Origin: the human T2T-CHM13v2.0 reference genome, Homo sapiens | Assembly (NCBI RefSeq): GCF_009914755.1 | Contig: NC_060929.1 | Length of the DNA: 64,000 bases | Direction: 5' to 3' (one strand) | Shown: in pieces, positions 28,979 through 52,897 of the stretch | Numbering within the stretch: position 1 is the stretch's first letter | Layout of the letters: every line of letters begins with the position of its first letter | Program-made: the position numbers and the translations under genes | The notes under the pieces: generated by a model | The model's input: only the letters and a program-made list of their open reading frames with translations | The model's database searches: none | Told to the model about the DNA's origin: nothing

Positions 28979-29174
28979 GCCCCTGAACTATGAAACACAC
29001 GTCTATGAAGATGGAGATGTTCTGAGGCTCCTGGGACCCTTGGTACGTCCTAGCTGGTGCTGGATGGGGTGCAGCTGGAGAATCGCTTGAACCCGGGAGG
29101 TGGAGGTTGCAGTGAGCCAAGAGTGCACTCCAGCCTGGGCGACAGAGTGAGACTGCGTCTCAAAAAAAGAAAGA

Positions 29175-31850
<2,676 letters not shown>

Positions 31851-32470
31851 TCATCATTATCATTATTAATATTTTAGAGACAGGGTCCCACTCTGTTGCC
31901 CAGGTTGGAGTGCAGTGGTGCGATCCTAGCTCACTGCAGCCTCCGCCTCCTGGGCTCAAGTGATTCCCTCACCTCAGCCTCCTGAGTAGCTGGGACTACT
32001 GGCACACGCCACCACACCCAGCTAACAGTATACTTTTTGATGCTTAAATTTCCCAGTCTTTGGCCAGTGGAAGCCTCTTCAAACTTGTTCCAATGTCATT
32101 AACATTCTGATGTTTTGATGTTTCAGGTAACAACTTTATTGCTTTCTGGTACAGCAAGGTGTTTGTGGCTCATCCTCTACATGTCCTGCCCCAGACTGGA
32201 ATTAATCATTTCTTCAAAGGGTTTTGTAACCTTTGAGTGGGAAATGATATTTAGAAAACACTAGGTGGGCACCTCAGGCATTAATTTTTTTTTTTTTTTT
32301 TTTTGAGACGGGGTCTTGCTCAGTAGCCCAGGCTGGAGTACAGTGGTGCGATGTCGGCCCATTGCAACCTCCACCTCCCAGGTTCAGGTAATTTTCCCAC
32401 CTCAGCCTCCTGAGTAGCTGGGATTATAGGCACACATCACCATGCCCAGCTAATTTTTGCATTTTTTTGA

Positions 32471-32584
<114 letters not shown>

Positions 32585-32605
32585 TAGCCTGATTATTTCT
32601 TATAA

Positions 32606-32896
<291 letters not shown>

Positions 32897-33134
32897 TAGC
32901 CAGGATGGTCTCCATCTCCTGACCTCGTGATTTGCCCACCTCAGCCTCCCAGAGTGCTGGGATTACAGGCTTGAGCCACGGCGCCTGGCCTCTTACTGAA
33001 ATTTCTAATTTAAATTTAAAATAATGTTTTTACTTAATCTCTTTGATTTTAGATCTATGTATTTTTTCTTTCACCAAAAATCTTGGTTCCAATGCATAAC
33101 ATATTTACTCTTTTTTGCTGTCTCCATATATACA

Positions 33135-33820
33135 CAGTAGTCCCTTATAATTCTTGGTTTCACTTTCCATGGTTACAGTTACTTGTGGTCAACCACAGTC
33201 TGAAAATATTAAATGGAAAATTCCAGAAATAAACAATTCATAAGTTTTGAATTGAGGAGCGTGATGAAATCTTGCATCCTCCCGTTCCATCCTGTATGGG
33301 ATGTGAGTCGCCCCTTTGTCCAGCGTCTCCATGCTGTATACACTCCCCACCCATCAGTCACTTTGCAGTTGATCTGATAACTCTGCAGTTAACAGATCAA
33401 TTGTTGCGGTTCTCAGTGCTTTTGTTCAGGTTCCCCTTATTTTACTTAATATTGGTCTCAAAGCTTAGAGTAGTGATGCTGGCAGCTCAGATACGCCAAA
33501 GAGAAGCCATACATTCCTTTCTTTAAGTGTAAAGGTGAACGTTCTTGATTTAATAAGGAAAGAAAAAAATTGTATGCTGAGGTTGCTAAGATCTATGATA
33601 GAAACAAATCTATCCATGAAACTGTCAAGAAGGAAAACGAAATTTGTGCCAGTTTTGCTGTCACACCCCAAACTGCAAAAGTTACACCGCAGTATGTGTT
33701 AAGTGCTTAGTTCAGATGGAAAAGGCATTACATTTGTGGGTGGGAGAGATGAACAGAAACAAGCTTCAAGTGACAGCATTCAGATTTGGTACTATTCGTG
33801 GTTTCAGGACCCACTGGGAG
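33135..33820 (+). mobile_element. MER44 (Tigger7-derived) DNA transposon
   Basis: CAGTAGTCCCTTAT terminus and aaatggaaaattccagaaataaacaattcataagtttt. Right end is truncated before a (TG)n tract. Confidence 0.8.
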
Positions 33821-33838
33821 TATATATTTAAGTGCATG

Positions 33839-33840
<2 letters not shown>

Positions 33841-33885
<45 letters not shown>
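33841..33885. repeat. (TG)n microsatellite
   Basis: About 22 perfect TG units. Similar tracts at about 54250-54274 and 57121-57160. Confidence 0.95.
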
Positions 33886-33887
<2 letters not shown>

Positions 33888-33959
33888 CAATATCAGGCTG
33901 GGCGCAGTGGCTCACGCCTGTAAATCCCAGCACTCTGGGAGGCTGAGGCAGGCAGATCA

Positions 33960-34220
<261 letters not shown>

Positions 34221-34433
34221 TCAATATTATTACTGACACTAGGATTATTTAAAACCATTTCAGATTTCTTTGCTTTTCTTTTTGTTCTCAGGATATAACC
34301 TATAAGGAGTATATAGGTCAGACGTGGTGCCTCATGCCTGTAACCCCAGCACTTTGAGAGGCCGAGGCAGGCAGATCACCTGAAGTCAAGAGTTCAAGAC
34401 CAGCCTGGCCAACATGGTGAAACCCTGTCCCTA

Positions 34434-34817
<384 letters not shown>

Positions 34818-36046
34818 TAGTAGAGACGGGGTGTCACCATGTTGGCCAGGCTGGTCTCAAACTCCTGACCTCAGGTGATTTGCCTGCCTTGGCCTCCCAA
34901 AGTGCTGGGGTTACAGCCGTGAGCCACCGCGCCCGGCCACATTACTGTGTTTTAAGTTCACTTGAATTTGTTATTTTTGGCTGGGCTCGGTGGCTCACGC
35001 TTGTAATCCCAGTACTTTGGCACTTGGAAAGGCTGAGGCAGGCGGATCACCTGAGGTCAGGAGTTCGAAACCAGCCTGGCCAACATGGTGAAATCCTGTC
35101 TCTACTAAAAATACAAAAATTAGCCAGGCATGGTGGTGGTGCGCACCTGTAATCCCAGCTACTTGGGAGGCTGAGGCAGGAGAATCTCTTGAACTCAGGA
35201 GGCAGATTTCAGTGAGCTGAGATCATGCCACTGCACTCTAGCCTGGGTGACAGAATGAGTGAGACTCCATTCAAAAAAAAAAATTCCTTATTTTCTCTGT
35301 GGTTGGGTCACTAATTTGATATTTAATATCGTAGAGAATATAGCCTGACTGAAAGCTCACATGCTTATACTTTACTGGGGAGAGTGATTTCAGGGAATCA
35401 GGCCTGAGGGAACAGGAAAGTGAGGCAAGGAAAACGAGAGGGCTAATTCGAGGGGCTGCCTACTGCTTGGTGCTAAGTGTGTTGGTCAATCCCATGGTCT
35501 ATTCCCAGAGAGCCAACATGAACGACTGCAACACGAGACAGCTCACCACACAGCAGGAGATGACAAGATGTTATCCGGTGGCTCCTGTCAACAAATCAAC
35601 TCAAATAAATGAGTCAGGCATGGTGGTATTTGCCTGTGGTCTCAGCTACTTGTGAAGCTGAGGTCGGAGGATTACTTGAGCCCACGAGTTTAAGACCAAC
35701 ACCGGCAACTTAGGGAGACCCTGCCTGTATACAAAATACAAATAAAAAAAATTAAGAGGGCATGGTGGCACACACCTGTGGTCCCAACTATTTGGGAGGC
35801 TGAAGTGGGAGGACTGCTTGAGTCCCTGAGGTCAGGACTACAGTAAGCCGTGATCACACCATGCACTCCAGCCTAAGAGACAGAATGAGACCCTCTCTCT
35901 CTCTCTTTTTTTTTTTTTTTCTGTGAGACAGAGTTTTATTCCTGTCACCCAGGCTGGAGTGCAGTGGCGCAATCACGGCTCACTGCAGCCTTGACCTCTG
36001 GGGCTCAAGCGAATCCTCCTGCCTTGGCCTCCTGAGTAGCTGAGAC

Positions 36047-36584
<538 letters not shown>

Positions 36585-36587
36585 TAA

Positions 36588-37819
<1,232 letters not shown>

Positions 37820-37849
37820 CTCCCATCTCTTAATGGCCAAAAATTTGCC

Positions 37850-38830
37850 CCACGGGCCATTACTTCCCCTGCACTTCTGGGTCACATGTGGGTAGGCGCT
37901 GCGCTGGTCCATGGTGTCTCCTGCTCCAGTAGCAATAGAAAAGCTCCAGGGCGGGAGTCAAAGCCTGTAGTGCACATGCAAGTGACATGCTGTTGCACTG
38001 GGTCTGTGCAAGCTGGTCACCACGGAGGTGGCCAGACAGAATCCATCCAAGTAGAACTGATCAGCACAGAAGTGGCTGGGGGTGCAACAAGTGACCAAGG
38101 GCCTTGGAGATAGGTAAGACTGCAAAGATCTCAGGTGAAATGTAAGAGATGTTGGATGCAGTCCCTCCCTTGCACTGCTCACTCCCTCCCGTTATATCCA
38201 GTCCTACAGTTCTCCACGACTGTAGGAACAAAATGCCCTCATTCCTTCCAAGAGGGACGGTAGGAGTCCAAACATTCATAAAAATCCCTTTTCATTTAGT
38301 AGCCAGCAACAATCTCTACAAAGACTTAAGGTGAGCTAGCTGGTGAAACAAACTAAGCTCTCTGCAGCTGCAACTGGTCCCAAGGCTGTAAGTGATAATC
38401 GTCATCTCCTTCCTCCATTACTCATTCGGCATTTCCCTCACCCTTGGCTAGTACTTTGGTTGGCCTGATGCTTTTCCAGCCTGGGCAATCCAGACTTTTA
38501 TTTTGGAAGGGTCTCAGCCTTTAATTACCTTCCCTTGTCAGGCTGTGGTTGTGGCAATTGCTTGTTTTCCGTTATCACTGGGTGTGGAAGTGACAAAAGA
38601 TGTCCCAGTAAGTCCCCTGAGCTCCAGACACACTCCTGACTCTGTGGTGTATAACAGCAACCCTGGCCCCTCATTGTAAACAGGGGGATTACCCTGCTGG
38701 TCTGACAACTCCTCCACTCGCAGGTTTACGGCATGAGGTGTCCAAAGTGTCCAGGTGGTCATCGCAGCAAGCAGTTTAATGGAAACTACACTGTCTCCTG
38801 GGAAACATGCCCTCCCAACCAGGCAGAGGC
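37850..38830 (-). mobile_element. Degraded ERVL/MaLR internal fragment
   Basis: Resembles ERVL internal sequence (ctgcagctgcaactggtcccaaggct, cttgtcaggctgtggttgt). Recognition only. Confidence 0.4.
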
Positions 38831-38984
38831 TAAGATTGTAGGGACAATTTAAATGCAAATGGGTTATTTAAACCATCTGTAAGTAGGTCTGTTGCTTTTC
38901 CTCCCTTTCCCATTCTGCCAGCTCAGGTGTTATTTAAACTTGTTCACAGTTCACAAATCACGCAATTTTTTACAAACAGATTTT

Positions 38985-43410
<4,426 letters not shown>

Positions 43411-43559
43411 TAGCACTTTTTGGGGGTTGTGTTTTAGGGCGTACCATGTGCTGTTTTTCCAGGACGTCGTGGTTTGTGCAGACCTGGTAAGACCTGATAA
43501 GTCCTGAAAGAAGTAGCCAAAATTTCATGTACTCTTCACAGAACCAGCTCTCAAAGCCT

Positions 43560-45260
43560 TTTCTGTCTCACCGGATCAACCCTGCAAGGGGACGAGGGTG
43601 GGGCGCAGGCGGCCGAGAGCCTTGCTGAGAATCACACAGGTGGTCAGTGGAAAAGCGTGTACCAGACCCAGGCCTCTCTGGAAGGTGGGCAGAGGAGGCG
43701 TTCGGCGGGAGAGGTGGAAATGAAAACGGGAAATCTAAAGAGAGGTGGCGGACTAGAAGGGGCAAGGGACGTGCAGAGGAAGATAGAGATTGAGGGGTGG
43801 TGATAGGGTAGTGTAAGCAGCAGAAGGGAAGGGCAGGGGACTGCCTCGAGGAGAAGGGGCGGCGGCAGCACGTCAGGGGCTTTTGGGGAATCTCATTCAA
43901 CAAATGGCAAAATGGAGCCCAAGTGGTTTGCCCAAGGATGTCCAGCAGTTGGCAAGGTGGCAACTAGAACCCGCGTCTCCTAATCCCGGTCCAGGGATCT
44001 TTCTTCGCCTGTCACAGAGACAAGGGGCCAGTGCAGCGCTAGTGCGGAGAGACAAGGCTCCAGGCACGGAAAAGCAGATGCCGGGCCGGGGTTCCAGCGC
44101 CGCAGTCACGGCGGTGGACGGCAAGCTGTGCGGACGACTGGGGGCGCCATGAATGGTCGAGGATCCGGGGAGCCGAGTCCAGATCTTCCTGCAAGTGACC
44201 CCGAAGCGGCAATGGAACGGTGGCCGAAGTCTGCCCACAGCTTCCGCTTCGAAGGCGGCGTCGGAAATGCCGCGCCAGTATCCAGAGCCCTTCGGAACCT
44301 CCCGAGAGATGGTCAGGAGCTTTTGGAAACTTTAGGTCAGGGGCCAGCGACCAAAAGGCTGGTATTTCGGAACGGCTGCGTCTCCCGAGAAACCTCCAAG
44401 AGTATCTGAGGTTGCCGGAAAATGGTTAGAGAGCAGCCGAAATCAGCCGAATGCCATTCGGGATGCTCCGGAGCTTCTCGAGGCACATTCGGGCCCTCTC
44501 GGCTCTGCAAGACTGCACTGGAATCTTAGGTCTCCTTTCGTCGCCTAATCTTAGCAGATCCTTTCGTCGCCTAAATGGTAAGAGCGACTTGTACCGACAG
44601 TCCCTCGGCAATTTCCGGAAGTGTTCGGGATAGGCCCGAGCGTGGCGCCCTCTGGCGGCGGCCAGAGGTGGCGGGGGGCGGGGGGAGGTTAGTGGGCCAG
44701 CGCGCGCAGACGCAGTTGCGCGCCGGCGGCCGTTCAGACCGGATGTGGTTGTGGCTGAGGTCAGTTCCGGCGGGTGACGGTGCGGACGGGTCAGGAGCGT
44801 AGAGGCGGCGGCAAAATGGCGGCGCCTGAGGAGCGGGATCTAACCCAGGAGCAGACAGAGAAGCTGCTGCAGTTTCAGGTAGCAGCGAGTACTCGGTGCA
44901 GCAGATGCCTCCGTGGGATGGGGAGTAGGCCCCTAGAGGAGTTCAGAACCCTCCTCAGATTGGGTTCAGATCCTTCTCAGACCAGCAGGCCGGCCCCCTC
45001 CCCCCCAGACTCCAACTGCCCTGATTCCCCCGGCCCCCAAGCCTCTGTTGGACCCTAGCCTTCCAGCCATCGCTGCGGGCAGACCCGCCTCGTCTGTGCC
45101 TCTGTGCCCTCAGCGTGTCAGCTTCCCTGGTTTGCCTTAGCGGCGTCAGTCCTCAGCCATCCTTCCCAGCCCGGTTATCGGTCGGACCCTCTCCGCCCAA
45201 CGAGTCTATATCTGCCGGAGAAGCTTAGTCCCCACCGCGGAGTTGGCGTCATTTCGGGTC
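43560..45260 (+). promoter_or_regulatory. FAF2: FAF2 CpG island and TATA-less promoter
   Basis: CpG-rich. ETS/GABPA CCGGAAGTG 44615-44623, CTCF-like motif 44642-44660 (minus), GC box 44673-44685, NRF1-like GCGC tract 44700-44723, CCGGATGTG 44739-44747, YY1 motif AAAATGGCGGC over the start codon. Confidence 0.88.
44816..44878 (+). CDS. FAF2: FAS-associated factor 2 (UBXD8), coding exon 1 (63 nt); exon 2 not seen in the window
   Basis: MAAPEERDLTQEQTEKLLQFQ is the FAF2 N-terminus. Kozak aaaATGg, donor CAG|GTAGCA, inside a CpG island. Confidence 0.96.
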
Positions 45261-45721
45261 TCTGACAGGAAAACCTCCTGCCAGCATCCCATGCCATTTC
45301 CACATACACTCCCACAAACTGGGGCCTCTTGGATACCAGGTTTCGTGTTGGGGGTTCCGGTCGGGGAGGGGGCACCTACACACAGATCTGGTCCCCGCCC
45401 TAGAGGTGTGGGAGGACACCAAGTGAGGAAACAATGCAAGATGATAAGTGTCATCAGTGGTCTGTCGGGATTTATTACTTTTGGCTTATTCCTGGATTCC
45501 TGTGCTTAACTATGCTTGAGGAGGGTGGTAACTTGCAGAAATGTTATGTTAATACAAGATGTTGTATTAAGAACATTTGCCACTGATCACTTACCCCTGA
45601 GCTGGAGAATGGTTGGAGGATACCACTAGGGTGGGTAACCTTGGCACTTTGTTACCAGTTTCCTTATCTCTGAAAGGACTGTCTTAAAAATGTCTACCCC
45701 CAGGCCAGGAGCGGTGGCTCA

Positions 45722-45997
<276 letters not shown>

Positions 45998-46901
45998 CTA
46001 CCTCCTGAGGATGTTCGGGAGATCAAATGGACATATGGATGTTAGAAGGGCCTTGTAGACTGCAAAATGCCCCCAAATAGTATTTTCTGCTATTAATTTG
46101 ACTTAGGATAGACCTAAAGTTATTGATACACTTATTTCCTTATATAAAATGTGTAAATATTCATTTATTCAACTATATGAAGAACCTTAGTGCGCAGCGC
46201 TGCTAGGTAGAATCCCACTTACTATTTCAGATGTAAGTACTTTGTAAACACTTAGCATACATAACCTCATTTAATACAGCAACCCTATGAGGTTCATACT
46301 GTTCTAGTCCCTGATTTACAGATGAAGGGTATCAGGACTAAGAAATAAAATGCTTAGGTTACACAGCTAGAAAATGATGGTGTCAGATTTAAAGCTATGT
46401 CCATCTTCCAGAACCCTTCCCAGGCTTCTGACTTCTGTCTTGTGCAACTTATATTTCAGTGTACAGTTGAGTGTGGAATGCAAATGCTGAGAAAATAAAT
46501 ATTTTTTTGGCGAGTTCTCACTTTTTTGCAATTTCCTTGAATAGACTTCACTATAATAAATTTTGAAGTGGTTATTTTTTCCCCTCTTAAATTGAGCAGT
46601 GTGTTGGAAGTGTATAAATGGAAAAATGCTGTCATAGATGTAATTGACATTTGATTGGAATTTTTGGTAGAGAAATTGAATTGATGACCCAGCAAATTAT
46701 TATTAGAGAATGAGTTAAACAGACAACCAGCTTACACTTCCAGGTAGACCACCAATTTCAGAGTGTTGTTTAACTTTGGCAGACCATTTTACCCCTTAGA
46801 ACTCTTCAGGGGTAAGCTAACATGTGGTTTAAGTGCAATGAAGTAATGTGAGTTATAAATTATGGTATATTTAGTCTCATACTGGAAGAGCATGAATATA
46901 A

Positions 46902-47229
<328 letters not shown>

Positions 47230-47444
47230 TGAGCCGCCGCGCCCGGCCAAAACTGTGGAGATCTTTATTAGAAGAGAGGTGGGTAGCAGGTTCGAGCTGT
47301 ATTAAGATTGCCTTATGAAATTGGATTTATTGAGGGAAATGCATCTTTCATTTTTCTATTCTATAAGCAATCGCTGGATCAGATTCATTATCCAGACTGC
47401 CATTAAACAAACAATTGTTGAAACTTATTAGATGCCAAGCATTA

Positions 47445-47795
<351 letters not shown>

Positions 47796-48124
47796 TTAAG
47801 TAGAGACGGGAGTCTTGCTATGTTGTCCAGGCTGCTCTCAAACTGCTGCCTCAGAGGCTGAGATTACAGTGTTGAGATGAGTTGCCTCAGTGTTGAGATT
47901 ACAGATGTGAGCCACCACACCTGGCCCCTTAACTCTTTTAAACCTTTTAATATAACAGTGTAAAGGGTTAATCTTGTTCATTTTAATAATGAAGAAACAG
48001 GTTCTGAGAGGTCAAATAGCTTTCACAAGTAGTAAGTGGTAGAGATTTAGAAATTTATATCCACAACCATCTTCTGTGTAACTTAATGGAGAAGTCAAGT
48101 ACACACATGAATAATGGGTATGCG

Positions 48125-48490
48125 ATATATATAGATATATATATATGTGTATATATGTATATTGTATATATACATATATATACGTGTGTGTGTGTATATA
48201 TATATACATATATATATACACATATATATATACATATATATATACACATATATATATACATATATATATACACATATATATATACATATATATATACACA
48301 TATATATATACATATATATATACACATATATATATACATATATATATACACATATATATATACATATATATATACACATATATATATACATATATATATA
48401 CACATATATATATACATATATATATACACATATATATATACATATATATATATACACATATATATATACATATATATATATATACACATA

Positions 48491-48507
<17 letters not shown>
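48125..48507. repeat. Compound (TA)n/CA microsatellite with a higher-order unit of about 26 bp
   Basis: Repeats of CATATATATATA alternating with CACATATATATATA, abutting the poly-T tail of a minus-strand Alu. Confidence 0.95.
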
Positions 48508-48524
<17 letters not shown>

Positions 48525-50471
48525 TTTTTGAGACAACATATCTCTGTTGCCCAGGCTGAAGTGCAGTGGCGTGATCATAGTTCATTGCAACCTCAAACTC
48601 CTGGGCTCAAGTGATCCTCCCACCTCAGCCTCCTAAGTGGCTAGGACTAGAAGTGCCTGGCTAATTTTTGTCTGTTTGTTTTTGAGACGGAGGCTTGCTC
48701 TGTTGCCCTGGCTGGGGTGCAGTGGTGCGATCTCGGCTCACTGCAGCCTCTGCCTCCCAGGTTTAAGCTATTCTCTTGCCTCAGCCTCCTGAGTAGCTGG
48801 GATTACAAGTGCCTGCCACCATGCCTGGCTAATTTTTGTATTTTTAGTACAGACAAGGTTTCCCCGTGATGGCCAGGCTGGTCTCGAACTCCTGACCTCA
48901 GGTGATCCACCTGCCTCGGCCTCCCAAAGTGCTCGGATTACAGGCGTGAGCCACCGGACCTGGCCAGCAGGTAACATTTATTAAGTATCTACTATGCCTT
49001 AGGCATGGTGTTAATGTATAACTATTATGTTTAATCCTTACAGCAGTTTACAAAGTACCATAGGTGGTATGCATAAGGAAGCAGATCTATTGATGTATTT
49101 ACTCAAGGTGATTAAGCTACTAGGTAGTGGAATTCTAGTGGGTCTAGATCTGGACTTGATGGCTGAGTTCTTACTAATATACCTTGCTACTTTGGAAGAG
49201 GAATAGAGTTTCAACATGTGTTGGGCAGAATATTCAAAGCTAAAGAAATAGCTTGCACAAGGTAGGGAGATGGGAAAGTGAAGTGTCTGTGGTGATGAAC
49301 TGAAGAGTATTGAAAGTGGACAATAAGACTAGAAAGGTAAATTAAAGCCAGATTTTGGAGGCCTTTCAAAGCTGTTCACAATGTTTAAACTTTAATCTGT
49401 AGATGAGGGGAGCCATCAAAGGATTTTTCAACTAGGGAGTGACACTAGGTTTCAGGTTTGCTTCATTAGCAGTATGGAGTATGTGTTTGGAATCTCCACA
49501 GGGGTCAGTACAGAACAGGATGACACTGCTAGGAGTTGGTTCTCAATATGTTTCTTCATTTGGTATATTGAAATCAGTAAAAGTAAAATATTTTGGAAAT
49601 CTCAGGTTTCCTGTATTTCAATTTTTTTATGATGTTATTTGGTTAGAACTCCCCAAGGCATTTTATTTCATATCATGTTTCTCAGCCCATTTGATATCTT
49701 CCAGGATTTTTCTACAGTTCTCCACTTCTGTTTATTTTGGAACCAGTTGAATATGAATAACTATTGCAGACAATTGTTTTCAGCTATTTCAGATGGGAAA
49801 GAATAAGGACATAGGTTTTAAGGAGAGCTAATGCAGGTATGTGGAAGGTTACTTTTATTGGCGTTCATTTTCCCAAATTTCCAAATATAGCAGACTCTCC
49901 TAGTGTCTTGGTTTACTGCCTCTAGGTTGCTGTTTGAACAACTGGAGAAGGATGACATGGACAGAGAGAAGGGGGAATTAAAGGAGTTATGCAGGCCAGC
50001 AGAGGAAGAAATGATCCCTTTTCTGCTTGCACAGGAGGAAGAAATTTATGACCCTCATCCTTTTAAATGATAGCCTGAACGCTGGGCTGTAGAATCAAAT
50101 TTATAAGTCATTTTGAAAATCTTTCTTTTGGCTTCACCTGACTATATTACCTAAAGGAAAAAAAAACACATGGTGCTTTTTGTTCATGTATTTAAAACAG
50201 AACATACAGTGGTCCATTTGAGGGTTTTTTGCCAGAGAATTTGGCACTGTTGAGAAAACAAGAGCTTTGAAAATCCAGGCAAACATGACTTAACTTTTCA
50301 ACAGCTTATGGTGAGTTCTGTGATCTTGAACAGGTTCTCACTTCTTTGAACCTCTTTCATTTTCTATAAAATGGAGATACTGGCCGGGCGCAGTGGCTCA
50401 CACCTGTAATCCAAGCACTTTGGGAGGCCGAGGCTGGCAGATCACGAGGTCAGGAGTTCAAGACCAGCCTA

Positions 50472-50704
<233 letters not shown>

Positions 50705-50714
50705 TTATTTTTTA

Positions 50715-51076
<362 letters not shown>

Positions 51077-51379
51077 TCAGGAGGCTGAGGCATGGGAATC
51101 ACTTGAACTCAGGAGGTGGAGGTACCAGTGAGCCAAGATCGTGCCACTGCACTCTAACCTGGGCAACAGAGCCAGATTCTGTCTGAAAAAAAAAAAAAAA
51201 AAAAATCTAATAATACATGCTTGTTGGAAGTTAGCAACATACAATTGTATTTTAAAAAGTAATCAAATCTTATTTTATTTCCCCATTCCAATTCCAGGTT
51301 TGTTGTTTATCTTTGTGTATTTTTGTCTTCTGCATACACAGCTTAATGTGGAAGCTCTCTTAACCTTAACCTTCACTTG

Positions 51380-51830
51380 ACTGATTAATTGGAGCAGATA
51401 TCCTCCTTTTCCTAAACTCTATTCTGTAATATGTTCAAGCATTTCTGCAAACTCTACTCTGTAATGCACTCAAGTGTCTCACCAGTCAAGTTGTATTCCT
51501 GACAAGAGGCAGTTATATTTGCTCCCAAACTAGTGTGTGCTGGTTATGTTTGTCACATGTGTTTAATTAAACACTACATAAACCTGTAAAATACCAGTGC
51601 AAAAAGAGTTTTCATCGATACGAAAACTAAATTAAAAGCTTTAAACAGGCTCTGTCTGGGGAAATTGCTAAAAAAAAAAATTGTTGTTTAGTTAGGTGTG
51701 GGCAAGTTAACTGTAAATGACTTAGGGAGAAATCATTGAGATACAACATTGTACACTTACTGCTTGGCAAGTGTTTAAGGTTGCACTACACTTAAGGAAA
51801 TCAAATCAGTATGGGTTATGCTAAAAAGAT
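51380..51830 (+). mobile_element. Ancient Tigger/pogo-type DNA transposon fragment
   Basis: 51602-51721 translates KRVFIDTKTKLKALNRLCLGKLLKKKIVV*LGVGKLTVND, a decayed CENP-B/psq-type HTH pattern. Confidence 0.65.
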
Positions 51831-52236
51831 CCCAGCCTGGGCAACATGGTGAAACCTCATCTCTACTAAAACTACAACAAAAAAATTAGCTGGTCGTAGT
51901 GGCGCATGCCTGTGGGCCTGTGATCCCAGCTACTTGGGAGACTGAGGTGGGAGCATCACCTTAGCCTAGGAGGTGAAGGCTGCAGTGGGCTGTGATTGCA
52001 CCACTGCACTCCAGCCTGGGTGACAGAGTGAGACCCTGTCTCAAAAAAAAAAGTAAAAAATAGCCAGGCACAGTGGTGCACGCCTGTAATCCCAGCACTT
52101 TGGGAGGCTGAGGTGGGCAGATCACCTGAGGCCAGGAGTTTGAGACCAGCCTGGCCAACATGGTGAAACCCCATCTCTACTAAAATACAAAAATTAGCCA
52201 GATTTGGTGGCGGGTGCCTGTAATCCTAGCTACTCA

Positions 52237-52398
<162 letters not shown>

Positions 52399-52680
52399 CT
52401 AAAGAAAACGATAGGCTTTTATCAGAAACTTATGTTCATGTGAGTACTTTATGTTAAAATGAAATATTTACATAAATATTCATTTATGTAAAAATGAAAA
52501 CATGTAAAATGTTAAAATGAATATTTTTATTACTTTGACTTCAGTTAATTGATTAGTTATGGGTCTCATTCTCATTGGGTAAGAGAACTTCTGTCTTTGT
52601 CTTATAGAGATATGATTATATTATACTTAACTCTGCATAGCATAGGTAAGTAGTCATGAAGACTGACTGGGTTTGTTTGA

Positions 52681-52897
<217 letters not shown>

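Noticed and set aside
44879-45058. Continuation of the FAF2 ORF after QFQ
   Set aside because: Intronic read-through past the splice donor.
48012-48614. Ile/Tyr/His-rich ORFs in several frames
   Set aside because: Translation of a TA/CA microsatellite.
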